NCBI RefSeq assembly: GCF_000283555.1 | Contig: NC_016012.1 | Coordinates: forward strand, 60,001 to 92,000 | Reading direction: 5' to 3' | Length of the DNA: 32,000 nucleotides | DNA from: Candidatus Arthromitus sp. SFB-rat-Yit | Lineage (GTDB): Bacteria; Bacillota; Clostridia; Clostridiales; Clostridiaceae | Shown: positions 23,839 through 32,000 of the stretch, piece by piece | Layout of the letters: every line of letters begins with the position of its first letter | How positions within the stretch are numbered: the first letter of the stretch is position 1 | Translations under genes and position numbers: made by a program | The notes under the pieces: generated by a model | What the model was told of the DNA's origin: nothing | What the model saw: only the letters and a program-made list of their open reading frames with translations | Databases searched by the model: none

Positions 23839-26541
23839 ATGAAAAACATTAAAAAAATTCTGCTTGTATCTTTAGCAATATTATTTATTTTATGTTTTGG
23901 GAGTTATATAACTTATAGCAAAAGTTTTGTTAATACTGATTACATACACGAATTTAAACAAGATATAAATAATTTATTAGATAATAACCTAGATACTTAT
24001 TTTGTATTACCCGATTTTACCAATTATTTAGAGTTTAAATTAGAAAATCATAATGGTATAAAGGATATAGAATTAAATTTTGATAACACAAAATACGATT
24101 ATAAGTATAAAATATACTCGAGTAATGATGGATATACTTATGATGAAGTTAAGTTTGAGAAAGAAATTATAAACTCAACTCTTGAGATAGCCCATACTAA
24201 TATAATGGATGTTTTTATAAGACTTAGAATTTTGAGTAGCAACAGTAAGGATTATATACATATAAAAGATATAAGTTTTTTAGATGAAGATGGAAATAAG
24301 ATTAATAATGTAGAGATAAAAAAAGAAGAGCCGATTATAAATGAATATAAATTTCAAAAAAAAAATGTGTATTATAAAGATGTTATAAACGGACTTATAT
24401 CCAGAACTCTAGGAGAGGAATATGTTGAATTCTTTGATGTGTCATTTCTCCCAGATGATAGAGGTAATGATTATTTTGTCCTTTATACAGATAATGATAA
24501 AGTAATGCTTAAAGGGAATAATATAAATTCTATATGTGTTGCTCTTAATTATTATTTTGAACATTATTTAGAACAAACGTTTGAAAGATTTGGAGATTCT
24601 AAGATAAAGGCAATATTACCACTACCTAGAGTAGATAATAAAATAGAGAAAAATATAGATATGGAGTTTAGATATAATTATAATTATGTAGCTTATGGAT
24701 ATACAATGGCTTACTGGGATTTTAAGGATTGGGAAAGAGAAATTGATTGGATGTCTTTAAACGGATTTAATATGGCGTTAAATCTGGTTGGATATGAGGA
24801 AGTTGTGAGAAGGTTTTTAAGCGAATTTGGATTCAGTTTTTCAGAAATAGTAAATTATTTAACCTCTCCAATATATTTACCATGGCAATTTATGGGGAAT
24901 ATAAGTTCTATTGGAGGAGAGTTAACGCCTAAATGGTTTGAGGATAGAGCTAAACTTTCTATAGATATTCAAACAAGGATGATTGAATTTGGAATAGAAC
25001 CTATACACCAGATGTTTATAGGGTATTTTCCATATAAAGAGAATAGTGGAGTTAATGTTATAAGAGGATCGTATTGGAGTAAGATAAAGGGACCAGATAG
25101 ATTGGATTTTAATAATAATGATGTAGAATTTATTAGTAGTGTATATTATAAAAAACAAAAAGAATTATTTGGTGAATCTAAGTATTTTGCTGGTGATTTG
25201 TTTCATGAAGGGAATAATTTGTATGGATATGATCCTGTTGAATTATCAAATAAAGTTTTAAAACTTCTTATTGATAATAATGGAGAGAATTCTATATGGA
25301 TTATACAGTCATGGTCCCATAGTCCTTCTTCGGAAACCATAGAGAATCTTAATAGAAATAATACTTTGATATTAGATTTACATTCTCAATTAAATACTCG
25401 TTGGAAGGGAATTTCTAAATTTAACAATATGTCGTGGAAAGATAGAGAATTTGACAGATCGAATTGGATATTTGGAGTGTTGAATAACTTTGGAGGAAGA
25501 AGTGGGTTATATGGTCATACAAGGCATTTATTAAATCAATTTTATGATGCAAAATATAATTCAAATTATTTGAAAGGGGTAGCTCATACATCTGAAGGCA
25601 TTGGATTTAATAATTTTATTGATGAACTTGTAACTGAAATAATATTTTCAGATAAACTTGATATTGATGAATTTGTAAGTAGATATTTGAGAAATAGATA
25701 TGGAAAGAGTGATAATGATTTATTGAAAGCATTTAATATTTTATTAGATACGGTATATAATCCTGTAATAAATATTTATCATGAAGGAGCATCAGAATCA
25801 GTTATAAATGCTAGACCTTCGTTAGATGTTAAGAGTGCGTCTAAGTGGGGATCTATTCATAAAAATTATAACTCAGAGAAATTAGAGGAGGCACTTAGAA
25901 TTTATTTTTCAAAATATAATGAGTTTAAAGATAGTAAAGGATATATGACTGATTTAATTGATATAGCGAGTGAAGTTATAATTAATTTATCAAATGAGTA
26001 TTATAAAAATTTGCAAGATTATTACAACAATGGGGAAATTGAATTTTTTAAATTAAACTCTCAAAGATTTTTAAATATGATCTTATTACAAGCAAATATA
26101 TTGTATTATAATGAACGAAAAAGTCTTCAAAAATTAATTGATAAATTAGATGATTTAAACTATGATGACTATTTTGAGGATACATTAATAATTAATAAGA
26201 AAACAATATTAACTACGTGGTACGATAAACAGGTATCTGAAGATGACGGTCTTAGAGATTATGCAAATACTGATTTTTATGATATTGTAGGAACTTTATA
26301 TTATAATAGATGGAAAAGATTTTTTGATAACATACAAGAAAATGCAGTAAATGGATTTTATGATGATTATAGATTTGATATTAAATGGATAAATGATGAT
26401 GATTCTCTTAGATTTAGTAAGCCTGATAAATCCCTAAATAATCTGATAGAATTATTACTAGTTGAGATAAATATGCATAGAAATGATTTTTCATTTTTAG
26501 GAGATTTGATATATTCTATTAAAGATTTGGTGATAAATTGA
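23839..26541 (+). CDS. Secreted alpha-N-acetylglucosaminidase, GH89 (NAGLU family), with an N-terminal discoidin/CBM32-like module
   Basis: Track ORF 23803..26541, but ATG 23803 lies inside the mazEF terminator hairpin. ATG 23839 follows GGAGAGAG and gives a signal-like MKNIKKILLVSLAILFILCFGS. EIDWMSLNGFNMALNLVGYEEV...YLPWQFMGNI...PIHQMFIGYFP is collinear with human NAGLU EIDWMALNGINLALAW...FLAWGRMGNL...PVLPAFAGHVP. Confidence 0.9.
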   Translation: MKNIKKILLVSLAILFILCFGSYITYSKSFVNTDYIHEFKQDINNLLDNNLDTYFVLPDFTNYLEFKLENHNGIKDIELNFDNTKYDYKYKIYSSNDGYTYDEVKFEKEIINSTLEIAHTNIMDVFIRLRILSSNSKDYIHIKDISFLDEDGNKINNVEIKKEEPIINEYKFQKKNVYYKDVINGLISRTLGEEYVEFFDVSFLPDDRGNDYFVLYTDNDKVMLKGNNINSICVALNYYFEHYLEQTFERFGDSKIKAILPLPRVDNKIEKNIDMEFRYNYNYVAYGYTMAYWDFKDWEREIDWMSLNGFNMALNLVGYEEVVRRFLSEFGFSFSEIVNYLTSPIYLPWQFMGNISSIGGELTPKWFEDRAKLSIDIQTRMIEFGIEPIHQMFIGYFPYKENSGVNVIRGSYWSKIKGPDRLDFNNNDVEFISSVYYKKQKELFGESKYFAGDLFHEGNNLYGYDPVELSNKVLKLLIDNNGENSIWIIQSWSHSPSSETIENLNRNNTLILDLHSQLNTRWKGISKFNNMSWKDREFDRSNWIFGVLNNFGGRSGLYGHTRHLLNQFYDAKYNSNYLKGVAHTSEGIGFNNFIDELVTEIIFSDKLDIDEFVSRYLRNRYGKSDNDLLKAFNILLDTVYNPVINIYHEGASESVINARPSLDVKSASKWGSIHKNYNSEKLEEALRIYFSKYNEFKDSKGYMTDLIDIASEVIINLSNEYYKNLQDYYNNGEIEFFKLNSQRFLNMILLQANILYYNERKSLQKLIDKLDDLNYDDYFEDTLIINKKTILTTWYDKQVSEDDGLRDYANTDFYDIVGTLYYNRWKRFFDNIQENAVNGFYDDYRFDIKWINDDDSLRFSKPDKSLNNLIELLLVEINMHRNDFSFLGDLIYSIKDLVIN

Positions 26542-26564
26542 TTTTTAATATGTAAAAGGTAGAT

Positions 26565-26608
26565 GGGAAGCTAATATAAGGTTTTATATTATTGGCTTCC
26601 CTTTTATT
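26565..26608 (+). terminator. Rho-independent terminator of the GH89 gene
   Basis: GGGAAGC...GCTTCCC outer stem and TAATATAA/TTATATTA inner stem with a small bulge, followed by TTTTATTATTTTT. Confidence 0.75.
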
Positions 26609-26691
26609 ATTTTTGATTAAATATATTAATTTGAATGTGAAAATTTGAAATCTATTAGTATACAAATAAGGAAATGTAGTGTTAAAATTTA

Positions 26692-26700
26692 TGTTATAAT
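26692..26700 (+). promoter_or_regulatory. Extended -10 element TGtTATAAT upstream of ftsEX
   Basis: TG at 26692-26693 and TATAAT at 26695-26700, about 35 nt upstream of the ftsE ATG. The -35 is weak. Confidence 0.4.
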
Positions 26701-26733
26701 GTAACTTATAACACAAACATAGGAGAATTTGTT

Positions 26734-27411
26734 ATGATTGATTTTATAAAAGTATCAAAAACATATGAAAAAAATGTAAAAGCTTTGATAGATGTTAGTG
26801 TATCTATAGAACAAGGTGAATTTGTTTTTTTAGTTGGATCAAGTGGAGCTGGTAAATCTACTTTTATAAAAATGATTTTAAGGGAGATAAAACCTACGAG
26901 TGGTAAGGTCATTATAAATAATAAGGATGTTGGTTTAATTAAAAGGAGGGATATACCTTATCATAGGAGAAGTATAGGTATGGTTTTTCAAGATTTTAAG
27001 TTAATATCTAATTTGAGTGTTTACGAGAATGTTGCTTTTGCTATGAGGGTTGTTGAATCTGATGAAAAAGAGATTAGAAAAAGGGTTCCTGTTGTTTTAA
27101 GTTTGGTTGGTCTTTCAGATAAATATAAAGTCTTTCCGCATGAATTATCTGGGGGGGAACAGCAGAGGGTATCTCTTGCAAGAGCAATGGTTAACAATCC
27201 GTCTATATTAATAGCAGATGAGCCTACAGGTAATTTAGATCCAGATACTTCTCTTGAAATAATGGCACTTCTTCAAGATATAAATAGAGGTGGCACTACA
27301 GTTCTTATGGCAACTCATGCTAAGGATATTGTAGATAGAATGAAAAGAAGGGTTGTTGCGATCGAAAGAGGAGTAGTTTTAAGAGATGAAAAGAGAGGGA
27401 AATACGAATAA
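26734..27411 (+). CDS. ftsE: Cell-division ABC ATPase FtsE
   Basis: Walker A GSSGAGKST, signature LSGGEQQRVSLARA and Walker B ILIADEPTGNLD. AGGAG RBS. The stop overlaps the ftsX ATG (TAATG). Confidence 0.95.
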   Translation: MIDFIKVSKTYEKNVKALIDVSVSIEQGEFVFLVGSSGAGKSTFIKMILREIKPTSGKVIINNKDVGLIKRRDIPYHRRSIGMVFQDFKLISNLSVYENVAFAMRVVESDEKEIRKRVPVVLSLVGLSDKYKVFPHELSGGEQQRVSLARAMVNNPSILIADEPTGNLDPDTSLEIMALLQDINRGGTTVLMATHAKDIVDRMKRRVVAIERGVVLRDEKRGKYE

Positions 27412-28301
27412 TGAAAGTTTCGAGTTTTAAAGGATTTACTATCGATGCTATTAAGAGTTTATTTAGAAATAAGACTATAAGTATAGCAACTATAGTTAAT
27501 ATAGTTGTTACGTTAACTATTTATGGTGTATTTTTGATACTTATGAATGTTATTGTTGCAAATGTAAATGATGTTGAATCTCGTCTTCAGCTCAAAGTTT
27601 ATCTAAAGGATAATATAACCGTAGAACAACAACAACAAGTAAAGGATGCTATAAGTGGTATTGAGGGGATAGAAAGTGTTTATTACGAAAGTAAAGCGGA
27701 GGCACTTGTTAATTTTAAGAATCAACTTAGAGATTATGCGTGGATGATTGAGGGTTATGATGAAAATAATAACCCACTTCCAAGTTCTTATGTTGTTAAG
27801 ATAAAATCGTCGAGTGTATCGGACCGTATAGAGAAAGCACTTCAAGGATTTGAAGGTATTGATGATATTGGAAGTGACAAGGTGCTTGTTAAAGAAGTTT
27901 CTAAAATATCTACATTTATTAGGATTGCGTGGATCGTTTTATCATTCATTTTAATATTAGTTTCACTGTTTTTGATAATGAATACAATTAAACTTACAAT
28001 ATATTCACGCAGGAAAGAAATATATATAATGAAATTTGTTGGAGCGACAGATTGGTTTATAAGATGGCCATTTGTAATAGAGGGTATTATCTTAGGAGTT
28101 ATAGGATCTTTTATTTCTATTGGAATAATATATTATAGTTATTTTTATGTTTATAGTTTTTTGAATGGTAGAAATTTATTTTCCTATTTAATTTCTCCCA
28201 ATGTGATTTTGATACAGTTAACTATTCATTTTTTCCTAATAGGTATATTAGTTGGTATTGTCGGAAGTATATTTTCGTTAAGAAAGTTTTTGAAGGTTTA
28301 G
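27411..28301 (+). CDS. ftsX: Cell-division ABC permease-like protein FtsX
   Basis: 296 aa with one TM, a large extracellular loop (ESKAEALVNFKNQL...) and three C-terminal TMs including FVGATDWFIRWPFVIEG. Coupled to ftsE. Confidence 0.9.
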   Translation: MKVSSFKGFTIDAIKSLFRNKTISIATIVNIVVTLTIYGVFLILMNVIVANVNDVESRLQLKVYLKDNITVEQQQQVKDAISGIEGIESVYYESKAEALVNFKNQLRDYAWMIEGYDENNNPLPSSYVVKIKSSSVSDRIEKALQGFEGIDDIGSDKVLVKEVSKISTFIRIAWIVLSFILILVSLFLIMNTIKLTIYSRRKEIYIMKFVGATDWFIRWPFVIEGIILGVIGSFISIGIIYYSYFYVYSFLNGRNLFSYLISPNVILIQLTIHFFLIGILVGIVGSIFSLRKFLKV

Positions 28302-28379
28302 TTTAATGTTATAATTTGAATATTTAGGAATAAATAAGGGAATAAATAAAACTAGTTGTTAGTTGGTTTGGAGGAATTT

Positions 28380-29690
28380 ATGAATATTAACAGTAATGAC
28401 AAAGATATGTCGAATAATAAAGAAGATAAATTATTGAATTTTAAAAAGATATCAAAAGTATCTAATAATAGGTTTCTTATTATAATTTTTGTTGTGATAG
28501 TATTTTTGATTACTAATATTTTAAGTTATATAGTTGGTATAAATTTTTCCTCTGGACTTTATATAAACCAGGGAGGATTAAAATCATTCTCAGGGGATAT
28601 AGCTGATTATAAAAAAATTATGTTTGTTAGAAATATTATAAATAAGACTTATAATCCTTATGATGGCGCTAATGCTTCGGATTTAGTAGATGGTGCCATA
28701 AAAGGTATGGTTGATTCACTTGGTGATCCATATACTGTTTATATGAATAAAGATGAATTTTCTGATTTTAATCTTAGAAGTAAGGGGAATTATGTTGGAA
28801 TAGGCATACAGGTTGCTCCTAAAGAGGGTAAAATATCTGTAATATCAGTGTTTAAAAATTCTCCTGCAGAGAAGTCTGATATTAGGGATGGAGATTATAT
28901 TATAAATGTTTCAAATGAAAATGTTGATGAGGATTGTATTGATAGAGCGATATCTCTTATAAAGGGTGAAGAAGGTACGAGTGTAAATTTGGTTATAGAG
29001 AGAGATGGAAAAGAACTAAATCTTAATGTATTAAGAGAAAAAATAGAGGTTATGCCAGTAGAATATGAGAAAGTTACAGAAGATATTTTATATATAAAAA
29101 TAAATTCTTTTGATGAAAATTCTTCAAAAGGCGTTAATGAAGCTTTGTATAGTTCCGACTATAGAGGGATTATACTTGATTTAAGAGGTAATCCGGGAGG
29201 ACTTCTAAATGAATGTGTTGATATAGCATCTCAGTTTATACCTGAAGGGGAAGTTATAGTTTCTATGGATGATAAGTATGGTAATAAAGAGGTTATTAAA
29301 GCGAAAAAAGGAGTGTCTGAGGATAAAAAAATTGTTGTACTTGGAGATTCTGGAAGTGCTTCGGCTTCAGAAGTTTTAATCGGTGCTCTTAAGGATCATA
29401 ACAGAGCTGTTTTTGTTGGTGAAACAACGTTTGGCAAGGGATTGGTTCAGAGGGTATTTGAACTTGGTGATGGTAGTGGAGTTAAGGTTACGGTGTCTAA
29501 GTATTATACACCATCAGATGAATACATAAATAAGGTTGGAATAAATCCTGATGTTGAGGTTTTATACCCCCAAGATGAAATTATTAAACATAAACAAATA
29601 GCTAATGGGGATTCAAAAAAGATGAGAGAGCTAGATTATCAATATTTAAGGGCTTTAGAGATATTAAAGGAGAATATTAAAAGTCAATGA
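28380..29690 (+). CDS. Carboxy-terminal processing protease (peptidase S41, PDZ-containing), membrane anchored
   Basis: Track ORF 28356..29690. ATG 28380 lies 5 nt after GGAGG. It has a TM anchor, a PDZ region (GIGIQV...ISVISVFKNSPAEKSDIRDGDYII), then LDLRGNPGG, GSASASEVLIGAL (Ser nucleophile) and TFGKGLVQ (Lys). Confidence 0.9.
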   Translation: MNINSNDKDMSNNKEDKLLNFKKISKVSNNRFLIIIFVVIVFLITNILSYIVGINFSSGLYINQGGLKSFSGDIADYKKIMFVRNIINKTYNPYDGANASDLVDGAIKGMVDSLGDPYTVYMNKDEFSDFNLRSKGNYVGIGIQVAPKEGKISVISVFKNSPAEKSDIRDGDYIINVSNENVDEDCIDRAISLIKGEEGTSVNLVIERDGKELNLNVLREKIEVMPVEYEKVTEDILYIKINSFDENSSKGVNEALYSSDYRGIILDLRGNPGGLLNECVDIASQFIPEGEVIVSMDDKYGNKEVIKAKKGVSEDKKIVVLGDSGSASASEVLIGALKDHNRAVFVGETTFGKGLVQRVFELGDGSGVKVTVSKYYTPSDEYINKVGINPDVEVLYPQDEIIKHKQIANGDSKKMRELDYQYLRALEILKENIKSQ

Positions 29691-30328
29691 TTTTGTATGT
29701 TTATTTAATATCTTTTATTTTGAATTTTATTAATATATGTAAAAATAATAAGGTGGGAATTTATTACCACCTTATTTTAATATGTAAAAATATATTATTA
29801 ATAATTTTTTTGAATTTACTTTTTAAAGATATGATCAAAAGTATTGGTATTTATTATTTAGATGAGAAGGTTTTAATATTAATTTGTTTATTTAGTTTGT
29901 TAAATTATTTTTTGGTAGGTAGGTATATATGTATATCGTTTAGTGGGGTTATATGTTATTTGTTTTTAAAATTAATTGGATTTGATGTAGATACTAGTTT
30001 TATAATTTTACTCATTGGAGTCCTACATATATTTGAGGGTGTATTTATTTGTTTGAATTTTGAAAGCAATATTAATAAGCTTTATTTACCTATTTATTTT
30101 GGGGGTATTCATATAATATTTCTTATGTTTTTTAGAAGAAGTTATTTAAATAATTTTAAATATAGTAAATTTATATCCGGGTTATTCGTTTTTGTATATG
30201 GTGTGATTGTTATGATATTATATAAATTTATAGGAAATGTATTTTCGTTAATAATGATTTGTTTTCTTCATGAAGTTATGATTTTGTTAGAAAAGAGAGT
30301 TAATAAAGAGATTTGTAAGATTATTTAG
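29687..30328 (+). CDS. Hypothetical polytopic membrane protein (about 7-8 TM, 213 aa)
   Basis: The ATG overlaps the Ctp TGA (ATGA). It fills the whole gap to uvrB and is strongly hydrophobic with intramembrane His/Glu ([18 protein letters not shown]). No family recognised. Confidence 0.6.
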   Translation: MILYVYLISFILNFINICKNNKVGIYYHLILICKNILLIIFLNLLFKDMIKSIGIYYLDEKVLILICLFSLLNYFLVGRYICISFSGVICYLFLKLIGFDVDTSFIILLIGVLHIFEGVFICLNFESNINKLYLPIYFGGIHIIFLMFFRRSYLNNFKYSKFISGLFVFVYGVIVMILYKFIGNVFSLIMICFLHEVMILLEKRVNKEICKII

Positions 30329-30338
30329 GAGATATATA

Positions 30339-32000
30339 ATGAAAAAGTTTAAGATAAATTCGAAATTTAAGCCTATGGGAGATCAGCCTCAAGCTATAAA
30401 AGAACTTGTAAATTCTATTAATTGTGGGAATAAATATCAAACTCTTTTAGGTGTTACTGGATCTGGAAAAACTTTCACTATGGCGAATGTTATAGAAAAT
30501 CTTCAAAGACCTGCTTTGGTACTTGCTCATAATAAAATATTAGCTGCACAATTATGCACGGAATTTAGGGAGTTTTTTCCAGAAAATTCTGTTGAATATT
30601 TTGTATCTTATTATGATTATTACCAACCTGAGGCGTATGTTCCTCAAACAGATACATTAATAGAGAAGGATGCTTCTATTAATCAGGAGATAGATAAGTT
30701 AAGGCACTCTGCTACATCTTCTTTAATTGAGAGAAGAGATACTATAGTTGTGGCTTCGGTATCTTGTATATATGGTTTAGGGAATCCTTTGGAGTATAGG
30801 AAGCTTGTTGTTAATTTGAGAGTTGGTATGGTTCGTGATAGGGATGATATTGTACGCCAACTTGTTGAAATACAGTATGAAAGAAATGAAATAGATTTTG
30901 CTAGATGTACGTTTAGAGCTAAAGGTGATGTTCTTGATATTGTACCGGCATCTTCTTTTAATGTTGGTATTCGAGTTGAATTTTTTGGAGATGAGATAGA
31001 AAAAATAAGCGAATTTGATATTTTGACAGGAAAGGTTTTTTCAAAGTTAACACATATTTCAATATACCCAGCGACGCATTTCGCTACATCTAAGGATGCA
31101 ATTGAAAATGCGATAAATGAAATAAATTTAGAGCTTTATGATAGAGTTAAGTATTTTAAAGAAAATGGTAAACTTTTAGAGGCTCAGCGGATTAAAGAGA
31201 GAGTTAATTATGACATTGAGATGATGAGAGAGATTGGATATTGCAGTGGTATTGAAAATTATTCTAGGATTTTAGATGGGAGAGAGAAGGGGAGTAAACC
31301 TTATACTTTATTTGATTACTTTCCGTCTGATTATTTGTTATTTATAGATGAATCTCATGTTACTATACCACAGATTAGGGCTATGTATGCTGGGGATAGG
31401 TCAAGAAAAGAATCCCTTGTTAATTATGGATTTAGACTTCCTTGTGCTTATGATAATCGTCCTCTTAAATTTGAGGAATTTGAAGAGAAGATAAACCAGG
31501 TGGTTTTTGTTTCAGCAACGCCTTCAGATTATGAGAAAGAGCATCAGGAAGTTATAGTAAATCAAATTATAAGACCTACAGGTCTTTTAGATCCTATAGT
31601 TGAGGTTAGACCTATTGAAAATCAGATAGATGATTTATATGGGGAAGTTATAAAAACTATAGAGAAAGGTTATAGGGTTTTAGTTACAACTTTAACTAAA
31701 AAAATGGCAGAACATTTAACTGATTATCTGAATGAGTTAAACATTAAAACTACATATATGCATTCAGATGTGAAAACCATAGATAGAATGGAGATAATAA
31801 GGGATTTAAGAAGTGGAGAATTCGATGTTTTGGTTGGTATAAATTTGTTAAGAGAGGGTCTTGATATACCTGAAGTATCCCTTGTATGCATTCTTGATGC
31901 TGATAAAGAAGGTTTTTTAAGATCTGAAACAAGTCTTATTCAAACGATAGGAAGAGCCGCAAGAAATGCAGAGAGTAGAGTTATATTATATGGTGATATT
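30339..32000 (+). CDS. uvrB: Excinuclease ABC subunit B, first 554 codons (continues past the right edge)
   Basis: Hand translation from ATG 30339 (AGGAG 7 nt upstream) gives [27 protein letters not shown]...[18 protein letters not shown]...[18 protein letters not shown]...IEKDASIN. The frame is open to 32000. It is not in the ORF track because there is no stop in the window. Confidence 0.97.
   Translation, partial: MKKFKINSKFKPMGDQPQAIKELVNSINCGNKYQTLLGVTGSGKTFTMANVIENLQRPALVLAHNKILAAQLCTEFREFFPENSVEYFVSYYDYYQPEAYVPQTDTLIEKDASINQEIDKLRHSATSSLIERRDTIVVASVSCIYGLGNPLEYRKLVVNLRVGMVRDRDDIVRQLVEIQYERNEIDFARCTFRAKGDVLDIVPASSFNVGIRVEFFGDEIEKISEFDILTGKVFSKLTHISIYPATHFATSKDAIENAINEINLELYDRVKYFKENGKLLEAQRIKERVNYDIEMMREIGYCSGIENYSRILDGREKGSKPYTLFDYFPSDYLLFIDESHVTIPQIRAMYAGDRSRKESLVNYGFRLPCAYDNRPLKFEEFEEKINQVVFVSATPSDYEKEHQEVIVNQIIRPTGLLDPIVEVRPIENQIDDLYGEVIKTIEKGYRVLVTTLTKKMAEHLTDYLNELNIKTTYMHSDVKTIDRMEIIRDLRSGEFDVLVGINLLREGLDIPEVSLVCILDADKEGFLRSETSLIQTIGRAARNAESRVILYGDI

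Noticed and set aside
24356-24365. An A10 homopolymer inside the GH89 coding sequence (also A9 in acpS at 20930..20938), considered as a slipped-strand phase-variation tract.
   Set aside because: The frames are intact. Tracts of this length are expected at this base composition, and there is no population or variant evidence. acpS is essential, which argues against functional phase variation.
26519-26912. Two minus-strand ORFs (26519..26716 and 26706..26912) covering the GH89 terminator, the ftsE promoter region and the ftsE 5' end.
   Set aside because: They span a terminator hairpin and an intergenic promoter, or lie antisense to the Walker-A region of ftsE. There are no supporting signals.
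992-31932. Short ORFs in the track that lie antisense to, or inside, confidently assigned genes: 992..1204(-), 4458..4748(+), 10512..10709(+), 10969..11196(-), 11964..12167(-), 13153..13434(-), 14531..14779(-), 18629..18874(-), 22720..22920(-), 24922..25158(-), 27603..27845(-), 31750..31932(-).
   Set aside because: Each is fully embedded opposite a gene with strong family motifs. Their translations are low-complexity I/L/F/N/K/S-rich strings, typical of shadow frames in AT-rich DNA. None has a convincing RBS. I treat them as non-coding.
1-32000. Scan for CRISPR arrays, tRNA/rRNA genes, IS elements, transposases, integrases, phage genes or long direct/inverted repeats.
   Set aside because: None recognised. 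All intergenic gaps are under 250 bp and are accounted for by promoters and terminators. The only paralogous pair noticed is the two LCP genes, which are diverged at the protein level and not a recent repeat.

Overview
This is a very AT-rich chromosomal segment from a low-GC Firmicute, with Clostridia-like gene content (G+C judged by eye, not computed). Most of it is conserved core backbone in Bacillus-like order. The backbone blocks are a partial femAB-like gene, rsmI and abrB; then a tail-less ssb paralog and a flavodiiron protein; then acpS, a ydcC-like lipoprotein, alr, mazE and mazF; then ftsE, ftsX, an S41 Ctp protease, a membrane protein and uvrB (running off the right edge). Two accessory blocks sit in this backbone. 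The first (about 2.0-18.4 kb) is a cell-envelope region. It holds a membrane-anchored VanX-type M15 dipeptidase and a Wzx/Wzy-type cell-wall glycopolymer locus. That locus has two LCP ligase paralogs, an O-acyltransferase, three GT4 and one GT2 glycosyltransferases, Wzy, Wzx, a priming sugar transferase, manC, galU, a YihY/BrkB membrane protein, an isochorismatase-family hydrolase and a secreted cohesin-like/DUF4214 protein. The second block (23.8-26.5 kb) is a secreted GH89 (NAGLU-family) alpha-N-acetylglucosaminidase. The most notable item is absent from the ORF track: a 96-codon HesB/IscA-like gene on the minus strand (1750..2040). Its only in-frame stop is a TGA at the position of the conserved cluster-ligand Cys. 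It has a strong RBS, an ATGA overlap with the upstream dipeptidase gene, a downstream hairpin at SECIS-like spacing and its own terminator, so it is a candidate selenoprotein. I saw no rRNA, tRNA, CRISPR array, transposase or integrase. The short antisense ORFs in the track look like AT-rich shadow ORFs.
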